Origin: an uncultured Thermoplasmata archaeon
GTDB taxonomy: Archaea > Thermoplasmatota > Thermoplasmata > RBG-16-68-12
Assembly (NCBI GenBank): GCA_963768855.1
Contig: CAVYJM010000006.1
Location: 736,001-800,000, forward strand
DNA: 64,000 bases
Direction: 5' to 3'
The notes below the pieces were generated by a model, which had not been told where the DNA came from, searched no databases, and saw only the letters and a list, made by a program, of their open reading frames with translations. Positions 8,690-17,325 of the stretch are shown here, one piece after another (the stretch's first letter is position 1; each line of letters opens with the position of its first letter). The translations under genes were made by a program, and so were the position numbers.

Positions 8690-9817
8690 GTGCCCCGCGT
8701 CTCCGGTTGGTACTACGACGGCCGCGGATTCAAGGCGGGGACGGTCGGATGGGAGGACGGCGTCATCGTGGAGGCCCGCTCCGGCCGCGTGCGGGACGCA
8801 CTCGCCGAAGGCCTCGTGATCCCTGGCCTTTGGAACGCACACACCCACCTCGGAGACGCGGTCGTGACCCAGGAGCTACGGGGAACGATCGAGGACCTCG
8901 TGGCCCCTCCGGACGGCCTGAAGCACCGGGTACTCGCCAAGGCGACGGACGAGGCGGTCATCGCGGCGATGCGCCGCGCGATGGCCACCATGCTCCGCAC
9001 CGGAACGACAGGGTTCTCGGACTTCCGCGAGGGGGGTCTCCGTGGGCTGAAGCAGCTCTACGCGGCCCTCGTCGTCCTCCCGCTGGAAGGCGTCACCCTC
9101 GGACGTCCGGTCGGCCTGAGATACGATCCACGCGAGGTCTCCGCGCTGATCCGTGCCAGTGACGGCATCGCGGTGAGCTCCTACATCGACTGGCCCGCCG
9201 CTGATCTCGCGAAGATCGCGGCCGACGTGAGGCGGGCGAAGAAGGTCTTCGCCATCCATTGCTCCGAACGGGTCCGGGAGGACATCGATGCCGTGCTGGA
9301 CCTCAAGCCGTCGTTCCTGGTCCACATGATCCAGGCGACCGATCCGGACCTGGAACGGGTCGCAGACTCGGGCGTGCCGATCGTGGTCTGCCCGCGATCC
9401 AACGCCTTCTTCGGTCTCACGCCGGACATCCCCCGGATGCTCGCCGCGGGGGTCGAGCTCCGCCTCGGGACCGATAACGCGATGATCAACGTGCCGTCCG
9501 TCTTGCGCGAGATGGACTTCGCCTATCGCGTCGCCCGAATGAAGGGCGGGATTCCCGCCCGCGAGGTCTTCGAGATGGCCCTGCGCGGCCGTCGCCTGAA
9601 AGATCCGAAGGCCGCGTGTGCGATCCGTGTGGGCGAACCTGCCGACCTCCTTGTGCTCGACCTTCCCGGGGGCGCGGACGGGTTCGCCTCGGTCCTGCGC
9701 GCGTCCGCGAGCGACGTCCGGCTCGTCGTGTCCCGCGGACGCATCTGGGACGTTTCGCCATCCGCCCGCTCGACCCACGCCACGCGCCCTCCGCGGAATC
9801 GGAAATCCGCAACGTGA
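8690..9817 (+). CDS. Metal-dependent amidohydrolase (cytosine/5'-deoxyadenosine deaminase-like)
   Basis: NAHTHLGD, IHCSE, LVHM, VVCPRSN and GTDN metal-binding motifs; TTTAAA box about 25 nt upstream of the GTG. Confidence 0.85.
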   Translation: MPRVSGWYYDGRGFKAGTVGWEDGVIVEARSGRVRDALAEGLVIPGLWNAHTHLGDAVVTQELRGTIEDLVAPPDGLKHRVLAKATDEAVIAAMRRAMATMLRTGTTGFSDFREGGLRGLKQLYAALVVLPLEGVTLGRPVGLRYDPREVSALIRASDGIAVSSYIDWPAADLAKIAADVRRAKKVFAIHCSERVREDIDAVLDLKPSFLVHMIQATDPDLERVADSGVPIVVCPRSNAFFGLTPDIPRMLAAGVELRLGTDNAMINVPSVLREMDFAYRVARMKGGIPAREVFEMALRGRRLKDPKAACAIRVGEPADLLVLDLPGGADGFASVLRASASDVRLVVSRGRIWDVSPSARSTHATRPPRNRKSAT

Positions 9818-9878
9818 TCGTTCGCCCGGCACCGCGCGACCCCATCCTTTATGACAATCCCTCCCTTTCCCGGCCGGG

Positions 9879-11369
9879 ATGGCCTCTTACGAGGACCTCA
9901 TGTCCCTCTCCGTCCGCCGCGGGTTCCTGTGGCCCGCGGTCGATCTGTACGGAGGATTCGCCGGATTCTACGATTACGGCCACAACGGCGCCCTGCTGCG
10001 GAGGCACTGGGAGGACGCGTGGCTCGAGCACTTCCTCGGCCTGAACGACAACTACTACCTCATCGACACGACGACGATCCTGCCACACGCCGCCCTCAAG
10101 GCATCGGGACACGTGGACCACTTCACGGACCTCCTCGTCACCTGCACCCGCTGCGGGGAATCCTACCGCGCGGACCATTTGCTCGAGGCGGCGACCCACG
10201 AGGAGCACGAGGGCATCACCGCGGCCGAGACGGATGCGAAGATCAAGGCCGTCGGCGTGCGCTGCCCGAACTGTAAGGGGGAGCTGGGACCCTCCCGCCC
10301 GTTCAACATGATGTTCCCCCTCGGCGTGGGCCCGACCGGCCAGGACTCCGCCTTCCTGCGACCCGAGACGGCCCAGGGCGCCTTCCTCAACTTCAAGCGG
10401 GAGTTCGAGGCCCTCCGGCGCAAGCTGCCCATGGGGCTCGCGATCGTCGGCCGCGCGTACCGGAACGAGATCAGCCCGCGGCAGGGGACGTATCGGATGC
10501 GGGAGTTCCTCCAGGCCGAGCTGCAGATCTTCTTCGATCCCGCGACGTTCGCGGACCAGGTGCCGTACTCCGAAGTGGCCGACGTCGCCGTGCGGCTCTG
10601 CTGGGCCGCGGAGAAGAACCAGCCGATCGCGCACGAGCTCGCCGCGAAGGACCTCGTGGCCCGCGGCCTCCCCTCGTGGTACGTGTACCACATGGCGAAG
10701 GTCCAACAGTTCTACATGGACGTGCTCCAGATCCCGCGGGAGCGTTTCCGGTTCGCGGAGCTCGATGAGAAGGAACGCGCGTTCTACAACAAGATCCACT
10801 TCGATGTCCAGGTGAACCAGGACAGCCTCGGCGGGTTCAAGGAGGTCGGGGGCGTCCACTACCGCACGGACCACGACCTGACGGGCCACGAGGCCGGCTC
10901 CCACCAGAAACAGGCCGTGACCGTCGGGACGAACCGGGTCGTCCCCCATGTCCTCGAGCTCTCCTTCGGCGTCGACCGCAACGTCTGGGCGCTCCTCGAT
11001 CTCGGGTATCGACCCGGGGAGCGCGCGGTCCTCCGGGTCCCGCCTCGGCTCGCGCCGATCACCATGGCCGTCTTCCCTCTCGTGAACAAAGACGGTCTGC
11101 CCGAGCGCGCCGAGGCCATTTATCGACGGACCCGGAAGCAGATCACCGCGTTCTACGACGACGCGGGATCGATTGGGAAGCGCTATGCCCGGATGGACGA
11201 GATCGGGACGGCGTTCTGCGTGACCGTGGACCACGAGACCTTGGAGGGGAAAGGGGTGACGCTCCGGGACCGGGACTCGCAGAAGCAGGTCCGGGTCGCG
11301 GACGCGGATCTCGTCTCGCACCTCGAACGCCTGCTGTCCGGTGAGGCGCACTTCGGCGACCCGGCGTGA
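9879..11369 (+). CDS. glyS: Glycyl-tRNA synthetase (archaeal/eukaryotic alpha2 type)
   Basis: GFYDYGHNG, SGHVDHF, FLRPETAQG, YRNEISPRQG, EFLQAELQIF, PHVLELSFGVDR and the anticodon domain SIGKRYARMDEIGT. Confidence 0.95.
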   Translation: MASYEDLMSLSVRRGFLWPAVDLYGGFAGFYDYGHNGALLRRHWEDAWLEHFLGLNDNYYLIDTTTILPHAALKASGHVDHFTDLLVTCTRCGESYRADHLLEAATHEEHEGITAAETDAKIKAVGVRCPNCKGELGPSRPFNMMFPLGVGPTGQDSAFLRPETAQGAFLNFKREFEALRRKLPMGLAIVGRAYRNEISPRQGTYRMREFLQAELQIFFDPATFADQVPYSEVADVAVRLCWAAEKNQPIAHELAAKDLVARGLPSWYVYHMAKVQQFYMDVLQIPRERFRFAELDEKERAFYNKIHFDVQVNQDSLGGFKEVGGVHYRTDHDLTGHEAGSHQKQAVTVGTNRVVPHVLELSFGVDRNVWALLDLGYRPGERAVLRVPPRLAPITMAVFPLVNKDGLPERAEAIYRRTRKQITAFYDDAGSIGKRYARMDEIGTAFCVTVDHETLEGKGVTLRDRDSQKQVRVADADLVSHLERLLSGEAHFGDPA

Positions 11370-11373
11370 CCGC

Positions 11374-12036
11374 ATGCGCGCCGACGGCCTCACGTCCCGT
11401 GCGCTCGTCCGGCTGGATGCGGAGATTGCGCGGACGGTCGCGAGCCGGGATCGGATCGTCCTCGCCTTCTCGGGCGGCCTGGGCAGCCTGCTCGTTGCTG
11501 CGCTCGCCCGAAAACGGTGCGACCTGCATTGCGTCGTGGTCGGGAGCCGTACCTCGGCCGATGTGGGGGCCGCGCTCGTGGCCCAGAAGTTCCTCGACTA
11601 CCCGGTGACCGTCCTGAGCCCGAGCGCCGAACGAGCGCGGACCGTCGGGAGACGGATCCGCTCGGCCGACCCGCTCCTCCCTCTCGAGGAAGTCCTCGCC
11701 CTCGTCCCCCTGGAGTTCGTGGAGGAGCGTCATCCTCTCGAGCCGGTCGTCTCCGGGTTTGGGCTGACGGCACGGACCCCATCCCTTCGCAGGGCGCTCG
11801 AGTCCAAGGCCGGTCGCTGCCCCGGGCTCCGACTGCAGGTCTCGCACTCGACGCGGGTCCCGCTGACCCGGATGGCGGAGGCCACAGGCCTTCCGGTCTC
11901 GTTCATCCGGGCGGCCCCCCGGAGCCCTCTGGAGGGATCCGGCCTAGGTCCTGCCCTGCGTGAGCTGGCGCGCTCTCGGAGGGTCTCGCTCGACCGCCTC
12001 CTCTCCGTCGATAGTCCGTTGCGTGAGAATCAATAA
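11374..12036 (+). CDS. Asparagine-synthase C-terminal-like adenine nucleotide alpha-hydrolase protein (no glutaminase domain)
   Basis: IVLAFSGGLGSLLVAALA resembles the SGGLDS PP-loop but with D to G; follows glyS directly. Confidence 0.6.
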   Translation: MRADGLTSRALVRLDAEIARTVASRDRIVLAFSGGLGSLLVAALARKRCDLHCVVVGSRTSADVGAALVAQKFLDYPVTVLSPSAERARTVGRRIRSADPLLPLEEVLALVPLEFVEERHPLEPVVSGFGLTARTPSLRRALESKAGRCPGLRLQVSHSTRVPLTRMAEATGLPVSFIRAAPRSPLEGSGLGPALRELARSRRVSLDRLLSVDSPLRENQ

Positions 12037-12084
12037 CGCCCGGGCCGGCACGTCATTCCCGAATCATCGGCTGTTGACTAACAG

Positions 12085-12093
12085 TTATAAATA
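12085..12093 (+). promoter_or_regulatory. TATA box of the longin-like membrane protein gene
   Basis: TTATAAATA in a GC-rich background, preceded by a CTGTT-N4-AACAG inverted repeat at 12071..12084. Confidence 0.65.
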
Positions 12094-12160
12094 GCTCGCG
12101 CGCGAATCATTACGTTCGCCGTCGTCCGCTCCTTCTGGAGCACAAGTTGGGGGGCATCCA

Positions 12161-13174
12161 CTGACCGAACGTGCACGGGCGCGCACCGCGAGGAGTCTCC
12201 TCGCGCTTCTCGCCATCAGCTTCACGGCGGTCCTCGTGCTCAGCCTTTCGCTGCCCGCTTCTGCGTCCCAGCCACGCTCGAACTACGCGCTCACGGTCCT
12301 GATCAACGACTCGCGATCCCCGAAGCTCGGCATCATCCTCGAGATGGATCAGATCACCGGGGACTCCTCGTTCACCTACTGGGCGGAGAACATGACGGCG
12401 AACGTGACCCTCGGCCCTGAGCTCTCCTGGACCGAGGACGGGGCCGCTCTCGGATCCACGATGCAGTTCCAGAACAACGTGAGCGGGATGACGTACTTCA
12501 ACTTCACCGCGTACATCGCGCCCGGCACGCGCGCGAACATGACCGCCGAGCCGAATGAGACCGTGTTCGCCTCGTTCACCACGACGATGGTCTACACCGA
12601 CAACCTCGGAGCGAACCCGCGCACCATCCAGCGTTCCGTTTCCTTCGCGTTGAACTACATCCCGCCGGCTCCTCCGCCCGTCGTCGCCCTCTTACCGGCC
12701 GCCCTCCTAGGCGTGGGCGGCGCCAGCGGGATCGGCGCGATCCTCTACGTTCGCCGACGCGCGCGGCTCGATGAGCTGTACTTGATGCATGACAGCGGGA
12801 TGCTCATCCGCCACTGGTCCCGCGCGCAGGGCAACCCGCACGACAGCGACATCATGAGCGGGATGCTCATCGTCCTCCAGGAGTTCGTCCGGGACACGTG
12901 GAAGACCCACGGAGACGAGGACGCGCCGCTCCAGCAGCTCCGGTTCGGACCCGAGCGGGTCCTGCTCGCGCGAGGTTCGCACACGGTCCTAGCGGCCGTC
13001 GTGCACGGGCGGTACCTGAACGGGCTCCCCACGAGGCTCGCGAGCGCGGTTCAGGAGTTCGAGCGCTCCAACGCGGAACGGCTCGTCGACTGGAATGGAA
13101 ACGTTGACGTGTTTCCGAAAGTGGACCTAATCGCCCAGCAATTCCTCGGGACCCATTCCCGCCCCGCCGCATGA
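12161..13174 (+). CDS. Single-pass membrane protein: signal peptide, extracellular domain, TM helix and cytoplasmic longin/roadblock-like domain
   Basis: C-terminal DELYLMHDSGMLIRHW...DIMSGMLIVLQEFVRDTW...WNGNV pattern; TM ALLPAALLGVGGASGIGAILYV. A full signal peptide needs a start at CTG 12161; GTG 12236 truncates it. Confidence 0.7.
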   Translation: MTERARARTARSLLALLAISFTAVLVLSLSLPASASQPRSNYALTVLINDSRSPKLGIILEMDQITGDSSFTYWAENMTANVTLGPELSWTEDGAALGSTMQFQNNVSGMTYFNFTAYIAPGTRANMTAEPNETVFASFTTTMVYTDNLGANPRTIQRSVSFALNYIPPAPPPVVALLPAALLGVGGASGIGAILYVRRRARLDELYLMHDSGMLIRHWSRAQGNPHDSDIMSGMLIVLQEFVRDTWKTHGDEDAPLQQLRFGPERVLLARGSHTVLAAVVHGRYLNGLPTRLASAVQEFERSNAERLVDWNGNVDVFPKVDLIAQQFLGTHSRPAA

Positions 13175-13205
13175 GGGCAGGGTATTCGCACATCTGACAT
13201 CCAGC

Positions 13206-13220
13206 GGAAAAGCGTTATAA
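13206..13220 (+). promoter_or_regulatory. BRE/TATA promoter of the small GTPase gene
   Basis: GGAAAAGCGTTATAA about 30 nt upstream of ATG 13251, consistent with a leaderless transcript. Confidence 0.7.
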
Positions 13221-13250
13221 GAGGGTGCCTCGCATCGGAAGCGCTGCGCT

Positions 13251-14072
13251 ATGACTGACGATCGCATCAAGCGCAAGGTTCTCCTCCTCGGAGACGGCGC
13301 TGTGGGCAAGACCTCGCTCATCCGCCGCTTCGTGGTCGACAAGTTCTCCGACGACTACATCACCACGATCGGCACGAAGGTCACGAAGAAGGACCTCCGC
13401 ATCGAGTCGCCGGGCAAGGTCACCGATGTGACCTTCATGATCTGGGACGTCCTCGGCCAGAAGGGCTACCGGAACATCCAGGAGAGCTCCTTCCAGGGAG
13501 CGAAGGGCGCACTCCTCGTCTACGACGTCTCCCGGAAGGACACGCTCCGGTCCGTCCAGGAGTATTGGATTCCTCACCTCATCGAGATCACGAAGCCCAT
13601 CCCGATCGTGCTCGTCGGGAACAAGGTCGACCTCGTGAAGGACCGGGCGGTCGCGCGCGACCAGCTCGAGGACGCGATTGAGGAGCTCCACATCACCGGC
13701 TTCCTGAGCTCCGCGAAGACGGGGGAGAGCGTCGAGGCGAGCTTTGCCTGCCTTGCGAAGGAGGTCATCCGCGAAGCGGAATCGAAGCTCCGGCGCGGCG
13801 AGCGCGTCGAGGAGGACGTCCCGAACGAGCTGATCGCGGTATGCGACCAGATCCTCATGGATTCGTGCGACTCCCTGGGGGGACAGGAGGCTGCGATGCC
13901 CATCGTCCGTCAGCAGATCCTGAAGGCGGGGGTCGACGTCCGGTCGCCGACCGTGGAAGGCCTCAAGCTCGCGGTCGAGTACCTTGCGGAGGCCGAGAGC
14001 GGCTTCCGGAACGCGGAGGACGTCGAGGCGAGCAAGCTCAAGCGGCTGGGCTGGATCAAAGCGATCGCGTGA
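13251..14072 (+). CDS. Rab/Ras-like small GTPase with a C-terminal helical extension
   Basis: G1 GDGAVGKT, G2 YITTIG, G3 WDVLGQ, G4 NKVD, G5 SAKTG, plus ~90 extra C-terminal residues. Confidence 0.9.
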   Translation: MTDDRIKRKVLLLGDGAVGKTSLIRRFVVDKFSDDYITTIGTKVTKKDLRIESPGKVTDVTFMIWDVLGQKGYRNIQESSFQGAKGALLVYDVSRKDTLRSVQEYWIPHLIEITKPIPIVLVGNKVDLVKDRAVARDQLEDAIEELHITGFLSSAKTGESVEASFACLAKEVIREAESKLRRGERVEEDVPNELIAVCDQILMDSCDSLGGQEAAMPIVRQQILKAGVDVRSPTVEGLKLAVEYLAEAESGFRNAEDVEASKLKRLGWIKAIA

Positions 14073-15620
14073 TCAGAGCCCGCGGATCATGTAGGGCTTC
14101 TCGAGGCGGTATCCGAGCGAGCGGTAGTACCCGCGGACCCCGACCCCGGCCGTCACGCGCAGATTTCGCGCGCGGAACTCGTCTCGCGCGACGCGTTCGC
14201 ATTCCTCCATCAGCCGGCGGCCGAGGCCGCGGTGCTGCCACCGGGATCCGGACGGTTCGTGGATCGGCACGAGCCGACCGAAGACCTTGAGCTCCCGTAC
14301 AATCGCATGGTCCCGGTCCGCGCGGAGCCGCGCGTAGGCGACGAGGACCTCCCGCTCCGAATCCTCCAGGCTCAGGAACACCTCCTGCCCTCCCGAGGAC
14401 TCGTAATCCTCTCGCATGAGGCGGATGGCTTCTTCCCGCGGCTCGATCCCCCGGAACCCCACCTCGCGGCACCGCACGCAGTGACACGCTAGCCCGCGGG
14501 CTCGGAGGCGCTCCCTCGCCAGAACACGAAGGTCCCCTTTCGTGGGCCCTCCGTCGATGTACGGAGCACCGATCTCCCGCTGGACCCGCTGGATTCGGCA
14601 CCACCGGGGGACGAACGCCTTCACCCGCGCCACGATCTCGATGGCGTCCTCCATCGAGAGCGGCCGGTAGAGACCGTGCTCCCACATCTCGTGGAGGGCC
14701 GTGTCCTCGAGGACGAGGGTGGGATAGATCTTCAGGAAGTCCGGTCGGTACGCCGGATCGTCGAAGAGGAGGCGGAAAGACTCCAGGTCCCTGTCGAGGT
14801 CGGATCCGGGGAGGCCCGGCATCATGTGGACCCCCACCTTGAGCCCCGCCTCCTTGGCCCGCCGGAGCGCCTCCCGGCTCTGGGCGTCCGTGTGGCCGCG
14901 ATGGACACGCTCGAGGACGTCGTCGTGGGTGGACTGGAGGCCGAGCTCCACGCGGGTGGTCCCTAGGGCGAGGGAGTGCGCGACCTCTCGTCCGAGGAAG
15001 CAGTCCGGCTTCGTCTCCACGGTGAGCCCGATGCATCGGACCGGAGCAGCCTCGTTCGCTTCCTGGGCCGCCTCCAGGTCTGCCGCGATCTCTCCGTTCA
15101 TCGCGTCCAGGCAGCCCTTCACGAACCACTCCTTGTAGCCGTCTTCCATCGAGGTGAACGTCCCCCCGAGGATGATGAGGTCCACCTTGTCCGTTCGATG
15201 GCCGATCTCCTGGAGGGCCCGCACCCGGGAGAGGGTCTGCGCGTGCGGGTCATACCGGTGGTCCGCCGCCCGCCGCGCCGCGGGCTCGGTCCCCGTGTAG
15301 GACTGGGGCGTGTGGAACCGCGGGCCTCCAGGGCAATAGACGCAGACCCCATGCGGGCAGGCGTGGGGCGCGGTCATGACCGTGACCACCGCCACGCCGC
15401 TCGCGGTGCGGGCAGACTTCGTCCTCAGGAGGTCCTCGAACACGTCCCGATCCGCGTCGGAGAGCTGCCCGAGGATCGTCGCATCGCTCGGGACGCCGCC
15501 GAGGCGGTGGACGCGCGCGAGCCGGAGCTTGGTCTCGTGGAGCTGAACCTTGTTCTGGGGAGGGTCCGCCCTCAGCGTTTCGACCAGCTCGTCATAGAAG
15601 GCCGCCTCGGATGCGAGCAT
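14073..15620 (-). CDS. elp3: Elongator Elp3 tRNA uridine(34) acetyltransferase (radical SAM + GNAT)
   Basis: RTASGVAVVTVMT, CPHGVCVYC, SYTGTEPA, LGGTF, ETKPD, VELGLQS, KIYPTLV, QRVQREI, VRELKVFG and WQHRGLG. Start at ATG 15620. Confidence 0.92.
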   Translation of the reverse strand: MLASEAAFYDELVETLRADPPQNKVQLHETKLRLARVHRLGGVPSDATILGQLSDADRDVFEDLLRTKSARTASGVAVVTVMTAPHACPHGVCVYCPGGPRFHTPQSYTGTEPAARRAADHRYDPHAQTLSRVRALQEIGHRTDKVDLIILGGTFTSMEDGYKEWFVKGCLDAMNGEIAADLEAAQEANEAAPVRCIGLTVETKPDCFLGREVAHSLALGTTRVELGLQSTHDDVLERVHRGHTDAQSREALRRAKEAGLKVGVHMMPGLPGSDLDRDLESFRLLFDDPAYRPDFLKIYPTLVLEDTALHEMWEHGLYRPLSMEDAIEIVARVKAFVPRWCRIQRVQREIGAPYIDGGPTKGDLRVLARERLRARGLACHCVRCREVGFRGIEPREEAIRLMREDYESSGGQEVFLSLEDSEREVLVAYARLRADRDHAIVRELKVFGRLVPIHEPSGSRWQHRGLGRRLMEECERVARDEFRARNLRVTAGVGVRGYYRSLGYRLEKPYMIRGL

Positions 15621-15654
15621 GTCCCCGTTGGGAGTCGCCAGAGCTGGACGCCGC

Positions 15655-15898
15655 CATAAAGGCTCCGTCCGGCATCCGCTGCACTCGAGCGTCGACGGGC
15701 TCACCATGGGCATTGCGTTCCTGGCAAACCGCCCATGGGCCTTCCCAGGAGCGCTCGCCCTGGGGTCGTGGTTCGCGGTGGTGCTTGCGCCGTCCGAGGA
15801 ACGCGAGCTCCGCGCCCTGTTCGGCCCGGCCGAGGAGTCCTACATGGAGACGACGCGGCGGTTCCTGCCCTTTCGCCGGCGTCGACTGCGGCGCCGCG
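15655..15898 (+). pseudogene. C-terminal remnant of an isoprenylcysteine carboxyl methyltransferase / PEMT-family membrane methyltransferase
   Basis: KGSVRHPLHS resembles GPYRxVRHPxY; EERELRALFGPAEESYMETTRRFLP matches the family C-terminus. The N-terminal half is absent because the elp3 start lies 35 nt upstream. Confidence 0.55.
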
Positions 15899-16177
15899 CT
15901 ACCCGTACATCGTCCCGTGCTTCTCGGGAGGCGGGGCCTCTCCGGCTACCTGCTCGAGCACGTCGACGGTGAGGATGACGTGGAGGGGGATGATGCGGAG
16001 CTTTCCTTTCAGCTCCTGGTGGCTCTCGTCCAGCTCGATGACGAGCGCGTCGTCCGGGCCGATGGCCGCGTAGCCCCGGAAGATTCCCTTCGTGACCTTC
16101 GTGTGGTCGCGCGTCTCCATCGACTCGACCCGGTAGCGGGAGCCCTTCGTCAGCGCCACGATGCCCGGTTCCGGCAC
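15899..16177 (-). CDS. Small hypothetical beta-rich protein (92 aa), co-transcribed with the wHTH gene
   Basis: GGAGGTGA SD then GTG; codon usage like neighbouring genes. Confidence 0.75.
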   Translation of the reverse strand: MPEPGIVALTKGSRYRVESMETRDHTKVTKGIFRGYAAIGPDDALVIELDESHQELKGKLRIIPLHVILTVDVLEQVAGEAPPPEKHGTMYG

Positions 16178-16181
16178 AGGG

Positions 16182-16637
16182 TCACCTCCGCTGCTCTCCG
16201 AGCTTCTGGATGTGGTCCACGGTCTTGCGGTAGTTCTCCATCGCGATCTCCACGTTCGATTCGACGAAGTTCCAGGCCTTGGAGAGGTTCCCGTAGCGGA
16301 TGCGGTATCCCTTGCGGACCGAGCCGCGCTCGTTCACGTTGACCTCGTCGAGGAGGTCCATGTCCTTGAGCTTGTTGATGTGTCGGTAGATGGTGGCCTT
16401 CGTGGTCTTGAGCTTCGCCGCGAGCTGTTCGACCGTCCACCCCTTGTCCATGCGGCCCAGGAGGCACTCGACGAAGAGTCGGTACGGGACGGAGTCCCGG
16501 ACGGAGCTCGCGTCCGTCTTCGGGTCGTACCCCTTCGGGATGTAGCCGATCTGCGTGAGGAACAGGAGGGCGACGTCGTCCAGGTCCTTGAGCGGAGTGA
16601 GGGGCGTGTTGCTGACGACGGTGATCTCGAATGGCAA
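16182..16637 (-). CDS. Winged helix-turn-helix transcription regulator
   Basis: WTVEQLAAKLKTTKATIYRHINKLKDMDLL HTH plus wing; TTG start. Confidence 0.8.
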   Translation of the reverse strand: MPFEITVVSNTPLTPLKDLDDVALLFLTQIGYIPKGYDPKTDASSVRDSVPYRLFVECLLGRMDKGWTVEQLAAKLKTTKATIYRHINKLKDMDLLDEVNVNERGSVRKGYRIRYGNLSKAWNFVESNVEIAMENYRKTVDHIQKLGEQRR

Positions 16638-17051
16638 ACCAGGACCCCCGGTCGACGGGTATCGATTCTACCTAGTTAAGCGTTGTGATTGAAAAGTGGC
16701 GGTGTGGCCATGGAAAAGACGCGCTTTGACGTGGATAAATTCACGTTGCAGTATCGGCCCGATTTCCGCAAGGGCCTGGTCTTGCGGCGAGGCGGGCCCC
16801 GTCTACGGCCATGCATGCCCACGAATTGGGGCCGCTGGGGGCCGTCGGCATTGGCGTGGGTGTAGAAAACGGTGTCGATTCGGCCCGCTCGTTCGTCAAT
16901 CGCTCCGGAGCCTCCCTCCGTGGCGGAATTCTCGCGTCCGGTGCACTTTCACCGACCCGCCGGCGAAGGGTTTTTCCGTGGAATGCGTCTGCGGGACCGG
17001 GGAGCGATGGATTCCCGCATCCGTTCCGAGGAGCTGGCGCATTCCGGCGTG

Positions 17052-17324
17052 ATGGTGCACATCCCGCCGGCCCTGCGGTCCTTCACAGAGGGCCAAGATG
17101 AGGTGCTCTTGGAGGCCGGCGATGCCGCCTCCCTCCTCCGGGCTCTGGATGCCGCCTTCCCCGGCATCCGGGAACGGATTCTCGACGAGATGGGTCGACC
17201 GCGGCCGTACGTGAACGTGTTCGTGAACGACGAGCTCGTGCGCGGCCCGCTCGAGCAGGTCGCCCTCTCTCGAGGAGACGCGGTACACATCCTTCCGAGT
17301 GTCGCAGGTGGTTCTCTTGCCTAG
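17052..17324 (+). CDS. MoaD/ThiS/SAMP ubiquitin-like sulfur-carrier protein ending GG-SLA
   Basis: VHIPPALRSFTEG...YVNVFVNDE...GDAVHILPSVAGGSLA. Confidence 0.85.
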   Translation: MVHIPPALRSFTEGQDEVLLEAGDAASLLRALDAAFPGIRERILDEMGRPRPYVNVFVNDELVRGPLEQVALSRGDAVHILPSVAGGSLA

Positions 17325-17325
17325 A

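Noticed and set aside
16710-16865. 51-aa ORF MEKTRFDVDKFTLQYRPDFRKG... between the wHTH and MoaD genes
   Set aside because: No recognisable motif and weak SD. It cannot be told from chance without homology or Ribo-seq data.
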